Positions 38,201 to 51,289 of a stretch of 64,000 nucleotides of DNA are shown piece after piece. The DNA is from Basidiobolus meristosporus CBS 931.73 (lineage: Eukaryota > Fungi > Basidiobolomycota). The stretch lies in NCBI GenBank assembly GCA_002104905.1, contig MCFE01000025.1, positions 62,001-126,000 of the forward strand. Reading direction: 5' to 3'. The position numbers and the translations under genes were made by a program. Below the pieces are notes generated by a model. That model was not told the DNA's origin, searched no databases, and saw nothing but the letters and a program-made list of their open reading frames with translations. Numbering within the stretch: the stretch's first letter is position 1; every line of letters starts with the position of its first letter.

Positions 38201-40260
38201 ATGTCTGAATATTCCTTCAAAAGAGTCTGGCCCTTTTGGGGTACTGAAGTAGAAGAATCCTCTTGTAATACCACCATGAGGAACATCTGGGTGCCTTTTC
38301 TAAGTGCTGTACAAAACTGTGTCTTGTTGAGTTCACATGTTTCACACACAATGAAATGTACCAAGTTGAAATCCACTCTGGCATGTAATAGCTCGTAGGC
38401 TTGTTGTCCTTCTGGATCTGAGTAGCATGGGTTCTCCAGTTGATTGATGGATTACAACAAAAAAGCCAGGTTTTTCCAAGTGTTATGATCTGCTGCTTGA
38501 ATGGTTGAGTCAGATCAGTTTTTAGTCAAATCAATTAGCTATATGTTTAGCTTATCAGTATATCAGTATTATCCATAAAAGCAGCAGCATTAGTCAGCAT
38601 ATGAATCAGCTGATCCATATCTGACAGAAATAGATAAATAAAGTAGGATCTTATTGGGTGATGATGATGCAATCAAGTGAGTCATCTACCACAGCCTACA
38701 TTAGGAAATACAATTAGTCAGCAATTGATCTGGCAAAAAGTATATAAGGAGCTGCTGGAACCTCAATAAAGATCAGTTCAAGTTTTAGTGAATGCAATAC
38801 TAGCTAAACTCCCTATTCCTTTACAACTCTTATACCAAGACTTGTAACACTAGTACAAGGTCAAACTTGCAGTTTCCAAATATACAGGCCTGTAGATCTT
38901 CTTGACAGTCATTCATCTTCATCCTTACTGGCTAAGTAGCACAGTTGATTATGTGAGAGTTCCCATCAGCTGTTGAGGCTGAAGTTGATTGGATGGGTTC
39001 CTGTTGATTTCAGCCTTCAAAGCAAAGCAAAATTGCTCTGACGTCTACTCCTGCAATGATCCCAAGTCAGTCATGATCTTGGCAGGTGCTACATTGATTA
39101 CTTCATTCAAGTAAAATAGCTTCCCAGACTCTGAGTCATCTGGTATAAATACTCTTCTGTCATATAGAAGGTGAGTTCTGAGTCTTCTTCAAGTGAATCC
39201 TCCATGTTACTATGCTCAAGGGCTTCAATATGGTTGAAGGTTCTCGATGGCTGGTGTCTATTTCTGCTCTGAGGGCAGTACTTTGCAATATCTCCCTGCT
39301 GGTGGCAATCAACGCAAAGTCCTTTCTTCTCACATTATTCTGAGGTGGGATTTTTCTGCATAGCATCTATTCCCATCAGCATTGACTCTGATTGTCTTCT
39401 TTCATAGTGATTGTAGCCTCTCCAATTAGTCATTGTGGGCTTCCCAACTCCAAACATAGCTGAGTCCTATTCAATGGTAATAATGATGGCTTCTTCAATA
39501 ATCCATTTCCTTGTAAGTTCTTTCTTTCAATCCATCAATAATATATTCCACTTGATCCAGGGGGTCCATTCTTTAAATTTGTCCAAGTAGACATCTATAT
39601 TCATAGATGTGTTCTTGAACCATTCCTTTCTGTCTGAGTGTCTTCAACTTTCTTCTTAGTAGTGTCTGCTGGTGTGGAGGTTCAAAAGCAACCTGAATTT
39701 CTAATACAAACTCATCCCAGTCAGAGATTCTTGAACATCCCATCAAGGTGGCTGACCCAATTATGTTGCAATAACACTGTGAAGCTGCATCTGCCATGTA
39801 AGAGATTGCATAATGTAACTTGCTCTCTGGAGCAATTCCCTTACCCTTGAAGCATCTTGAATCTGGAAGAGCCAAGTTTCATGGTTTTCATTGACTATAC
39901 CATAGTACTGGTTGAACTTCACACTAAAGTTGCTCTTAACAGGGTTTTGCTGGCTTTGGGCTATGCTTGTCATTCCTTGTTGCTGCTGGCTAAGAATCTG
40001 GAGCAACTGTTGCTGTTGGGCCAGGATTTGCTGTGTAGCATTCTTCCATTGTGATTTTTGGACATCTTGAGGGAGGCTTCTTCTTTCATTAGGAGGGAGG
40101 TTTCTGGTTATTGCTGCTACCAACTTTAAAGTCTTGGTATCAGAGTTGTAGAGGAATTGAGTGGTTAGCTAGTATTGTATTCACTAAAAGTTGAACTGAC
40201 CTTTATTGGGTCTCAGCAGCTGTTTATATGCATTTTGCCAGATCAATTACTGACTAATTG
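35285..40260 (-). mobile_element. Degenerate Ty3/Gypsy element (copy 2 of the 55-60 kb family)
   Basis: 3' LTR with an internal deletion at 35285-35570 next to the PPT. IN (EKWGIDFSGRLP, KWMGPF), RT ([28 protein letters not shown]-like), Gag (FEPPHQQTLLRRKL). PBS TTGGTAGCAGC at ~40123-40133 and a partial 5' LTR to ~40260. Confidence 0.92.
38481..38849 (+). repeat. Solo LTR of the same Gypsy family inserted in opposite orientation inside Gypsy copy 2
   Basis: 369 bp, TGTTATGATC...CTTGTAACA. It interrupts tttttccaag|tacaaggtc, which is contiguous in the 58.5 kb copy. The flanks give a 4-bp TSD CAAG/CTAG. Confidence 0.88.
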
Positions 40261-40475
40261 CATTACAAGGTATATGGCATTTGTGCAAGTATCACACTAA
40301 AAGGTTTTAAAGTTGAGGTTATAGAAGTATGTCAATTGTGGCAGGTGTGTGCCTTTGCAGAGGTTAGTGAGCAGGAGGCCATAGTATGTCTTGATCTAAA
40401 CTATATGCAGAATACCCAAGATGATAGTGGGTATGTAAATAAAGAGGGATAATTCTATAGTAGAATACATATATT

Positions 40476-41209
40476 AGACTTGTTCCGTTGGATAGTGCCA
40501 CATTGAGCCATGAGTGCCAAATGATGCCATAGTGTGCCAGGGAGGCTAAGTGAGCCTATACTTGGCCACAGAGTGTGAAACATAGATCTGCATCTTCATG
40601 CAAAGCAGCCCCTGTGTTTCACCAATTGTGTTGGAGAAAATCCACTTTTTGACCTTTTTTATTAGGTCAATGTTGTGCAGGATGTGTAAGAGCACAAAAG
40701 GATTGAAAATATGCATCAGGTACTCAATACCCATGGCACTCTGAATCTAGCTCCTGTGGCTTGTAACATGTCACAACAATGCATGGCACTATCTTGGTCC
40801 ACTGGTACTATCTGGCACTATAAGTGCTTTGTATAGATCTTACTTTAGGGCTAATAATCAAATATAGTGCCAGATAGTACCAGTGGACCAAGATAGTGCC
40901 ATGCATTGTTGTGACATGTTACAAGCCACAGGAGCTAGATTCAGAGTGCCATGGGTATTGAGTACCTGATGCATGTCTTCAGTTCTTCTGTGCTCTTACA
41001 CATCCTGTATAACATTGATCCACAAAAAAACGTCAAAAAATGGATTTTCTCCTGCATCATAGGTGAAACACAGGAGCTGCTTTGCATGAAGATGCAGATC
41101 CATGTTTCACACTCTGTGGCCAAGTATAGGCTCACTTGGCCCCTCTGGTACACAATGGCATCATTTGGCACTCATGGCTCAATGTGGCACTATCCAACGG
41201 AACAAGCCT
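40476..41209. mobile_element. 734-bp foldback/MITE-like element: 347-bp inverted arms, 40-bp loop, 3-bp TSD ATT
   Basis: AGACTTGTTCCGTTGGATAGTGCCAC...GTGGCACTATCCAACGGAACAAGCCT. Arms are 40476-40822 and 40863-41209. ATT flanks both sides, and removing the element restores the CACTA reading gaatacatat-att-gtacaag. Confidence 0.93.
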
Positions 41210-41919
41210 ATTGTACAAGAGGAGGTAGAAAAAGGATATGTTATTTGGTTAATTGGTATGGTAGCATTAAGCAGAACTAGCTGTAAGTTACCATACTGCC
41301 ATGATAATACCATCAGAGGCTAGCAATGAGGGTGTCTAAGCACCTTTGAGTTTGTTGCCATATAAGGCAATCAGATGTACTGGCCAGTTAGATCCACTCA
41401 ATTAGTTGTCAAGTGCACTAAGTCTGCACCAAAGCCATGCTACTCTTGGCCAAATACCTTGCAAACAATGCAATATTTTTTAACATTACTTGGCAGTAAA
41501 ATTAGCCAAACACTGTTGTGATTCTGTCACAAGATCATGTAGATAGTCATTGATTCCAAGCTGCTGATATTATTGCAGTCTCATTATGGGAAATTGATGG
41601 ATGATCTGGATTGAATTTACCTGCAGCACCAAATTGTTTTTCATAGGTTGAGGTATGGAAAATGTTGATCCTTAGGAGTTTTGGAGCAAATCCCCTAAAT
41701 GTCATAAATTTGACTCTAATACTGTCCATTGCTTCCAGAAAAGCCTGCTGTTTTGATGATTCCTGAGGTAACTCCACTGCAAATAGTAATATGCTCCTTG
41801 ACATGGCAGCTACTGACCAGTATCCTATTGGGGAGCATACAAGAAATCATGAACCAATGGATACAGGTAGCTATCCAGGTTGAACAGTAATTAATGCACA
41901 GTTATCAGTGAGACCACAA

Positions 41920-42209
41920 AATCCTGTTCAGATCAAATTTCTTGTTGGGAATTACTTGTAATATTTTCAACTAATTATCAGGTACACATATTATGATCTT
42001 TGTTAATGTTGTCCAAAAGTCCCCAAACTTTGCACACATATTCTTGGGACCTTCCTTAACAAACTATACATGTTTGTCTGCTCTAATTTGTCAAAAGTAT
42101 AAGTAATATACATTTGATCAATAAATCTTCAAGTGAATAACATCCAAACCCTTAAGTTTTCCTCATCACTTCCAATGCTAATCAGAATATTGCAGTAGGT
42201 TATGAGCCC
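41920..42209 (+). repeat. Partial Copia-1-family 5' LTR with intact PBS GGTTATGAGCCC
   Basis: Homologous to 27600-27858; ggttatgagccc lies at ~42198-42209. Confidence 0.7.
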
Positions 42210-42508
42210 CAAGTTTGCTGTTCTCTTGGTGTCTTCTTTGTCTAGGAACCAGTCCTGCTAGTCTGTAGAATGACTCTCTGCACTTTTGCTCTGCCAGAGT
42301 TAAAGTTGACCACTACTGCTCAAAGAACTATGTACATGAGAATATTGCTGCAGAGAGGAAGGCTTTAACTTCAAAAGACTCATTCAGCAGCTACTCAAGC
42401 CAGTTACAAAGGAAAGCCTATCAGCCAGATGTGTAAATATGTCAACAAATATTGTACATTGGTACTCTACCACTACAGAAGAGAATTGCTTAATTCCAGC
42501 AATTGAGG

Positions 42509-44500
42509 GTCCCCTATTAAAAATAATCTGGTCCTGCATATGTACTAAATCTAGATCAGCTGTCAATATCCCATTAGGAGATCATAATCATGTCAGCAGT
42601 GTGGAGTTAATGACTATGTACAAAATCTTATGACAGGATCACAACAGCATTTGCCTAATTTTAAAACCAAGTGATTTTAAAAAAGCGTAACAGTGTTTGC
42701 AAGGTATTTTGCCAAGGGTGACATAGCTTTGTTGCAGTCTTTGTGTGTTCTACAATATTTGACTCTATCTAACTTGCCAGTACATCCAATTGCCTTACAT
42801 GACAAACAACTTGACGGTGTTTTGACAACCTCATTGCAAGCTGCTCATGGACTATCATGGCAGTATGGCATCCCATAGCTGGTTCTGTATAATGCCATTG
42901 TACCAACTAACCAAATGGTGCCTCCTTTTTCTACTGCCCTTTGTGCAATCCATATATTCCAATGCAGAATAACCTCTCCATATTTGCTTACCCACTACCA
43001 CCTTGGGTATTTTACATATAGTTTAAATCTAAAAATACTATGGCCTGCTGTTTACTAGCTTCTACAGACACTCACACCTGTGGCAATTGACCTACTTCTA
43101 TCACCTCAACCTAACAGCTCTTTAGTATGATACTTGCAAAGTTGCCATACACCTTGTATTGCTGGTTGCATATACATCTTGCAAACATACGCTTGGTTGC
43201 AGCCACTTCTGCCATGAACACATCCTGAATATCTGCAAGAACATTTTGGTTTTCAGCCAATATACTCCTTCTCCCTGCTGGATTCCAGTCCCCCTTATAG
43301 GTGTGCTCTGGCTCTTGTTTGAGTGAATTCTGTATTGAACGGTATAGAAATTGGCTTGTGACCACGAGAAATCTGGCATACCTTGGTAACACTTTCCTAA
43401 TAGAAATTAGTTGCTTGTTGCACCAAACCCAACTCTGCATTACTTAACTGTGTTACAAGTCTTGGTATAAGAGTTGTAGAGGAATAGGGAGTTTAGCTAG
43501 TATTGTATTCACTAAAACTTGAACTGATCTTTATTGAGATTCCAGCAGCTCCTTATATACATTTTGCCAGATCAATTGCCAACTAATTGTATATTCTAAT
43601 GTAGGCTGTGGCTGATTACTCACTTGATTGCATCATCATCACCCAATAAGATACTACTTAATGTATCTATTTCTGTCTGATTCATTTGCTGACTAATGCT
43701 ACTGATTTGATAGAAAATTACCAATGCATTGGGGCTGCTTAGCTTTGTAGTACCATAGGCATTGGTGTCTCCATATGCACATCTGTACTTAGAATTTTCC
43801 TGCTCTTTCTGGCTGTCCTCCATGTGCCAACCCATCACATCCATGATGGACTTGAAGGTAATATTCTTGATGTGATTGGGATATAGTAGTACCTGCCACT
43901 TGACTTCTCCTCCTATCTCCCCACACATCTGCCCCATAGGAAACTCTGTGTGCTAACTCATGACATCCATGACAGACTTGAAGGTAGTATTCTTGATGAG
44001 ACTGGGATATAGTAGCACCTGCAACTTGACTTGACTTCTTATCACCCTACATATTTGCTCTATAGGAAACTCCTAAATGGTGAAGCAAGGCCCAGTAATC
44101 TCAACACACCAAGCAAGATAGAGTGACAAATAGATACAGTAGTGGCAGAGATCTATGCTCTCAACTCTATGCTTGTAGTATAGCAGCTCAAGTCCTGTCA
44201 CTAAATTGTTGCACAAAAGCTGTAGATGTGTCAAGTTGACATTGATGACCTGCTTCCAGATAAATATTGCTACAATGTCAACATATGACTCCCAAAGCTT
44301 CCAATGCACTCTTGGTAGAAATGGCTTCATAAGGCATATGACTAAATACATATACAGTTCATCCAGTCCTTGCACTTGTACTGTTGCATATATGTATGAA
44401 TGGGGACTGGAGCCACTGAGAAGTACTTGGGGTAGCAAATACTCTGTAATATCTTGCCAATTCTTCAAATTTCTTTGGTTTCTTGATGGGCTCATTTCGC
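42509..44500 (-). mobile_element. EnSpm/CACTA-type copy E (3' half), containing a truncated Gypsy LTR at 43451-~43716
   Basis: Terminus variant cccctattaaaaataatctggtcc. YYKHRVESIDLCHYCIYLSLYLAWCVEITGPCFTI and MGQMCGEIGGEVKWQVLLYPN. The LTR begins tgttacaagtcttggtataag at 43451. Confidence 0.82.
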
Positions 44501-44693
44501 TTGAGATGCCCTGAGTACATCTTTGTCAATACAATTAGTCAGCACTTGACCTGGTAAAATGTATATAAGGAGCTGCAGTAACTATAGCAAGAATCAGTTG
44601 AAGTCCTAGTGAAACTATACTAGCTAAACTCCCTGCTACTTGACAACTCTTACATCAAGACTAGTATTATCCTTAGCAGCACTAACCAGAAAC

Positions 44694-47600
44694 TGTTGAA
44701 ATATTGGACTATTTGGTATCATTCAGCAGCTAAAAATTTACTTAACAATTCTAGACTAGTCTTAGTCACTGTAGGACTCATTTACTGCCTTAACTTTGCC
44801 ACTTTCTCTAGATATATGATCTTATGATTATTCCCCTATAGTCAGGATCAAATTAGCACTATTACCAGACATTATGTACTAACCCTGAAACTGTTACAGA
44901 ATGCTCCTGAATATTGAGAAACCCTCCCTACTTAGTGTTGCAGCTGTATTACTTCTACAAAGGTATAAATACTGAGCTTCTTTATGAATAAACAACAGTT
45001 CAACCATTATCACTATTTCTTCATAAGTTCCTTATATCCAAATCACTTCTTAAATTGCAACAGGTTATGAGCCCTGATTGCCTTAATCTATTCTAAAGAT
45101 GACTTCTACCAGCAAACAAAGCAATACCAACATCTTCCCAGTATAGGAGAAGTTTGATGGGAAGAACTACAGACTTTGGAGAATCAAGATGCATATCTAC
45201 CTTGAGGAAAGAAAGCTTTGGAACATAGTAACTGCAAAGGAAGTTGAGCCAAAAGGAGCAGCAGAAGATGTGGAGAAGTTTCAAGAGAAGGAGAGAAAGG
45301 CCTTCAATGCCATATGCATCAATGTGCAAGACTCCTTCATTGGACAAATCCATGCCTCAAATATTGCCAAAGCAGCATGGGAATCCTTAGAGAAGATCTT
45401 TAGAGCAAAGTCATTATCAAGCAAGCTTTATTTGAAACAAAAGTTCTTCAACATGAGGAAGAAGCCAGATGATGACATGCTACAACTCATTACCATAATG
45501 GAGACACTTGCAGAAGAGCTTTACAGTATTAATGCTGGTGTAGATGATGAAGAAAAGATACTCTGTCTGCTTTGCAGCCTACCAGACAAGTATGAGCCAC
45601 TCATAGTTTCTTTTGAAAGCAGAGAAGACAACTTGACTTTCGAATATGTCAAAGGAAGACCTCTCCATGAAGAACTCAGACGTAATGATCAGGGAGAGAA
45701 GATTGAAGATAATGCTTTATTCAGTTCAGAAAGACATACAGAAAAGAAGGGAAAGCAACAAAACCAAAGAAAACCTGGCTGCTGTAACTACTGTAAGAAG
45801 CCAGGACACTGGGCAAGAGAATGCAAGAAGAAACAAGCAGACAAAAAACTGAAACTAGAGCAGGCAAACCATATAACTACTGATGAGCAGTTATTTGTAA
45901 CTGTACAAGAGAGTGCAAGTAACCAAAGTACCGAATGGTATATTGACTCTGGAGCATCACAGCATACTTGTGGTATAAAGGATTGGTTCAGCAACTTAAA
46001 GATTATTCCTGTAAGAAAGGCTTATCTGGGAGATAACTCTGCATTGGAAGCTACTGCCAGTGGGTGTAAACAACTAAACATGAGTGATAACTCAGGGGCA
46101 ACAACAGCAAAACTGACTGACATACTCTATGTACCTGGAATAGCTAAGAACCTACTCTCAGTCAGTAAAGCAACTACTCAGGGACTGAAATTTGTTTTTA
46201 CTAAGCTCAGCTGCTCAATATTGAGTGAATATGGACAAAAATTAGCTTTGGGAATCAGAGATCACAATATATACAAGCTACAATGCAAGATCTTGTACCT
46301 GAGTATGTCAACATTGCTGAAACTGATGAAACCAACTGGAAGATGTGGCATAGGAGGCTAGGACACATAGGGGAAAAGAAAATGAACCAATTGGTGAAAA
46401 ATCAGCTTGTTTTGGGCCTAAAATACTCAATTCCAATCAAATTGAATGTTTGTAAGGGATGTTCATATGGCAAACAAGCTAGGCAACATTTCAAGAGTTC
46501 AGAAGGCATCAACACCACCAAAATATTGGCTATTGTACACTTTGACATATGTGGCCCCATGAGAACACTTTCCTTTGGAGCCAAGAGTTACTTTATGATG
46601 TTTATTGATGACAAGACAAGATATACATGGGTGTACTTCCTCAAAACAAAGGATGAAGCTTTAGAGATGTTTCAGCACATCAAGAACATGGCAGAAACAC
46701 AAACTGGATGTAAATTGAAGGTACTACAAAGTTACAATGAAGGAGAATACTGCTCTAAGGAGTTTGCAAAATACTGCTTGTCTACTGGTATACTCCAACA
46801 GACCACAGTTCCTCATACCTACAGCAAAATGGAGTAGCAGAACGTGCAAATAGAACAATAGCAGAGATGGGAAGATCTATGCTGCATGATAAGGGAATGG
46901 ACTACAAGTTTTGGGCTGAGTCTGTTGCTACCGCTGTATACATCAAGAACAGATGCCCAACAACAGCACTACATGATTCTACACCCTTTGAAACATATAT
47001 AGGCAAAAAACCAGATCTCCAGCACCTCAGGATCTTTGGCAGTAATGTTTCTTATCACATCCCCAACAAAAAACATTCAAAGTTGTAACCAAAGAGTAGG
47101 AAAGGGATCTTTCTTGGGTACTGTGAAGATACTAAAGGGTATAGAGTGTATGATGGCAAAATACAGAAGCTGATCAAGAGCAGGCATGTTGTATTTGAGG
47201 TGAATTCAGATCAGAAAGCCACGAAAATCATTGGCCAGCTGCCTGATGATGCAATCAACACTGATGAAGAAGATACGTACCAAATCCAGCCAGAGATGGG
47301 AGATACTTCTACCAGTTCCAGATCAGAACAGATTATCCCAGTTAGGAGATCTACCAGAATAAGAAATGCCCCTTGATCCTGGTGGCAGACATCCAATGAT
47401 CATGAAGAAGCTTATCTTGCCTTATGTGCCAAAACTCAGAATCTGGAACAGGCAATGCAAGGTCCAGATGCTACTAAGTGGCAACAAGCCATGCAGGAGG
47501 AGTACCAATCACTGATCAAGGCAAAAACGTGGGAACTGGTAGATTTACCAAATGGGAGAAAGCCAATAGGATGTAGATGGGTCTACAAGATCAAGATAAC

Positions 47601-49375
47601 CTCAAATGGTGCCGTTGATAAGTACAAGGCTAGATTGGTAGCTAAAGGCTATTCCCAGATCCAGGGACTAGACTTTAAGAAAACATTTGCTCTGGTTGCC
47701 AAGTTTAACTCTATTAGGACAGTTCTAGCCCTGGCAGCTGTACATGGTCAAGATCTACACCAATTGGACGTCAAAACAGCCTTTCTAAATGGGGATTTGC
47801 AAGAAACTATATATGGAGCAACCAGAAGGTTTTACCAATCCACAAGGCCTCCATAAGGTGTGCACACTTAAAAAATTGCAGTATGGGCTTAAGCAGGCAC
47901 CCAGAGCATGGTATAACAAGATTGACACATATCTGGAGGAAATTGGGTTCTCTTGTAGCACTGCAGATCACTGTATATATGTGAAACAGCTCAATAAGGG
48001 TGTGATCATCCTAGTTCTTTATGTGGATAACCTAATTATAGCTACAAGTGATCAAGAGGCACTTAAACAGAAGAAATTGGATCTCTTGAGTAAGTTTGAG
48101 ATGAAAGATCTTGGAAAATTGAGCTATTTTCTTGGAATTGAGGTCAAATTTGACATACCTACGCAGAAAATTGTGCTGAATCAGTCTAAGTACAATAGGG
48201 ACATTCTTAGACACTTCAAAATGGAAAATTGCAAACCTGCAGCAACCCCTATGGACAATAACCTGTAATTAAGCAAATCTCAGCCAGTTATAAATGAAAA
48301 CGGCTCAAATATGGACCAAAACTTTCCCTATCAAGCAATGGTTGGTAGCCTAATGTACTTGATGGTGTCTACGCTTCCAGATATTGCAGTAGCAGTTGGA
48401 ATAGTCAGTCAATTCATGCAGAATTATGGATCAGATCAAATTGCAGCAGTTGAGCAGATTTTCAGATATCTACAAGGTACCATAAATATGGTACTGGAAT
48501 ACTCTGGAGCAGCTAATAGGCAAAAATTTGATGGTTATAGCGATTCAGATTGGGGTAGGGACTTGAGTGACAGACGCTCTACCACAGGCTATATATTTCT
48601 TTATGCTGGTGCAGCTATTACTTGGAATTGCAAGAAACAACCAACTGTGGCACTTTCTACAACTGAAGCCAAATATATGGCTGCATGTCAAGCAACTAAG
48701 GAGGCTATATGGCTACTAAAATTATTCAAAGACTTAGGTTTTAATTCAGGTGAACCAGCATGTATTTACAAGGATAATCAAAGTTATATTTCATTAGCTA
48801 GAAATCCTACTAATCATGCCACAACTAAGCACATTGATGTACAGCATCACTTTGTGGGGGAAGCTGTAGAAAATAACTTAGTAGAGTTAGTTTACTGCCC
48901 AACTGACAAAATGGTGGCAGACGTATTGACAAAACCACTAGCTAGGCCACAGTTTGAGATCCTTAGAGAGAATTTGGGATTAAGAAATTATTTAGTTGAG
49001 GGGGAGTGTTGAAATATTGGACTATTTGGTATCATTCAGCAGCTAAAAATTTACTCAACAATTCTAGACTAGTCTTAGTCACTGTAGGACTCATTTACTG
49101 CCTTAACTTTGCCACTTTCTCCAGATATATGATCTTATGATTATTCCCCTATAGTAAGGATCAAATTAGCCTTATTACCAAACATTATGCACTAACCCTG
49201 AAACTGCTACAGAATGCTCCTGAATATTGAGAAACCCTCCCTACTTAGTGTTGCAGCTGTATTACTTCTACAAAGGTATAAATACTGTGCTTCTTTATGA
49301 ATAAACAACAGTTCAACTATTATCACTATTTCTTGATAAGTTCCTTATATCCAAATCACTTCTTAAATTGCAACA
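44694..49375 (+). mobile_element. Full-length degenerate Ty1/Copia LTR retrotransposon (Copia-2)
   Basis: 369-bp LTRs at 44694-45062 and 49007-49375 (about 11 substitutions by hand count). Perfect TSD GAAAC, PBS GGTTATGAGCCC, PPT GTTGAGGGGGAG. Gag-PR ORF 45189-46361 (CNYCKKPGHWAREC, WYIDSGASQH), IN (HFDICGP), RT (YKARLVAKGYSQ, LYVDNL), RNase H (YSDSDWG, KHIDVQHHFV). Confidence 0.97.
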
Positions 49376-51289
49376 GAAACCTTAATGGCAGCTTTAGAAA
49401 TATGAACACCATCTTCTTGACTATATCCAGTATAACTTTGTATCAGCACAACCAAGTTAACCTCAATGGGCTGTTTGTACACTTATATACATCATGAAAA
49501 AATATTTTGACCAGTACCACCTGGGCATAGCACTCAATCAATCAAAGATATGCAAAACAGATCAAATAGCTGCACTGGTGCAACAGATGATGTATATATA
49601 TGAAGGGTGTTTATCTGTAGGGGTTCTGTCTCAAATGTGAGACAACCTTGATTTCACATATTTCAAAAATTTAGTGATTGCTAATTTGCAATGGAACAAT
49701 TTGGATTTTGAAAAAAATTTGTTGCTGGGATCTTGACAAATGGTGACAGCCCAATGCAATTGCATCATCTTCTCCTAGGTTGTTTTCTCACAGGGATTAC
49801 TACTGAAGCATATGGTAGTGAATCACTTTGCATACCTAAAATACTTACTTGTTGACTATCCTCTTGGCTACTTGTAGTTTTGTAGTCAGTATTTTACCTC
49901 CTAGTTGATGAGTGCAACTCTGCAGCTTGGCCAAGCTTAGTTGCTCTGGATGTTGCTATTAAGCCAGCCTGCAGTGCTATGTACTGACGTGTTCTTTTAG
50001 TTGCCAAAGGCTTTTGTGGTGAAGGCACTTCATGTGGGTCATCATCCGTCAGTTACCAGAAGAAACTTGCTGATGGTCAGGTGTAATGGCATGCACAGGC
50101 ACAACTTGATGAGCTGGCATGGCCCTTGGCTGAGTTTGATGTGATTCTGCTTGCTGATGCAACTTGGCCCACCCCAATGGACTTGTATCTAAATGAGCAG
50201 TTTGGCAAGTTCCGGTGGTTTTGCTCTGAAGCATATGTGTTGACCTAACATGTGTTGACTCAATATGGGGCACTCTTGTTAAGGGTGTTGGCATAGTTTG
50301 GGCTGAAGTGTACTGGCACACTGATGCTGCAAGGGAAGGTAAGGAATCTAGTAAGATGTGCTGGTACAATCTAGATGCTGTTGCTCATGGTCTGTATTCT
50401 CTCTCTTGAAGCTCAACTTCTGATTCATCAAGGTATTCACTTACCCTATGTTCAATACTTCATTGGATATATTGCTCTCAGAAGCCACTAAGCTCTAAAT
50501 AAATATTATGAAATACATTAATCCTTTGAGGCAAAACTCATTCAAAATCTCTGTGGTTCCCACAGTTGAGGTACAAATGGACATGTCCGGCCTGTACTGT
50601 GCAAATTGCACGCAAAATTGTTCCTGTGTGGCTTCCTCATCTATTCCCCCACTCTCAGCTCATTCTTGACTTTAGTACTTGTCTTGTTATTTATCTTCTC
50701 ACATATATTTGCTGGCAGCTTGATGTAAAACTCATGCCACAGCTTTCTACTTAGGTTCTTCCATCTCTGTCAACTCTCTGAGATATCTAGGTCTGCTAGA
50801 TTAATGAGCAGTGCCCAAATATCTGTATGAAGGTTCATCATAGACACTTGAGCCATATTAAAATAATTTGGCAAGAACTCAAATGGATCCAACATTGACT
50901 TCTCTAGTCCACACCATGCATGTGAGCCAAGGGATGGGTTTTGTCTGGGTTATTCTAAAGATGAGTTGAGACTTGGTATAGGGAACATAGTGATTAACTT
51001 GGATACTTATAGTGTAGTGTATTGGCATCAGCCTGGTCTTATATGAAGTATAAACGAAAACTAATGTGATTGCTGAGTTTTTAATATTATTCATGATGCA
51101 TTTTGGATTGCATTGACACAGATTGCATCCCATCAATTCCGGATTTCCTATTTGACTCTAGACTTGTGAGTGAAGCATGAATAAAAATACCAAGCCATTG
51201 TTTGAAGATGAATTTTTGCAACATAATGATGGGATACATGACACTTGTTGGAGATTAAATCATAAGGCTTGGAAAATCACATAAATAAA

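Larger units (their letters stand above)
34530..41650 (+). mobile_element. EnSpm/CACTA-type copy D (34530-35284, 40261-40475, 41210-41650), split by a Gypsy copy and a foldback element
   Basis: Starts at the aaatcaccatccaacctggatagctacc motif and ends in the degenerate terminus ttgtttttcataggttg at 41650. Homologous to copies B and C. Confidence 0.78.

Noticed and set aside
41547-41804. 85-aa minus-strand ORF (MSRSILLFAVELPQ...) as a captured host gene
   Set aside because: It runs into a CACTA terminus, has no recognisable motif and lies in CpG-depleted repeat DNA.
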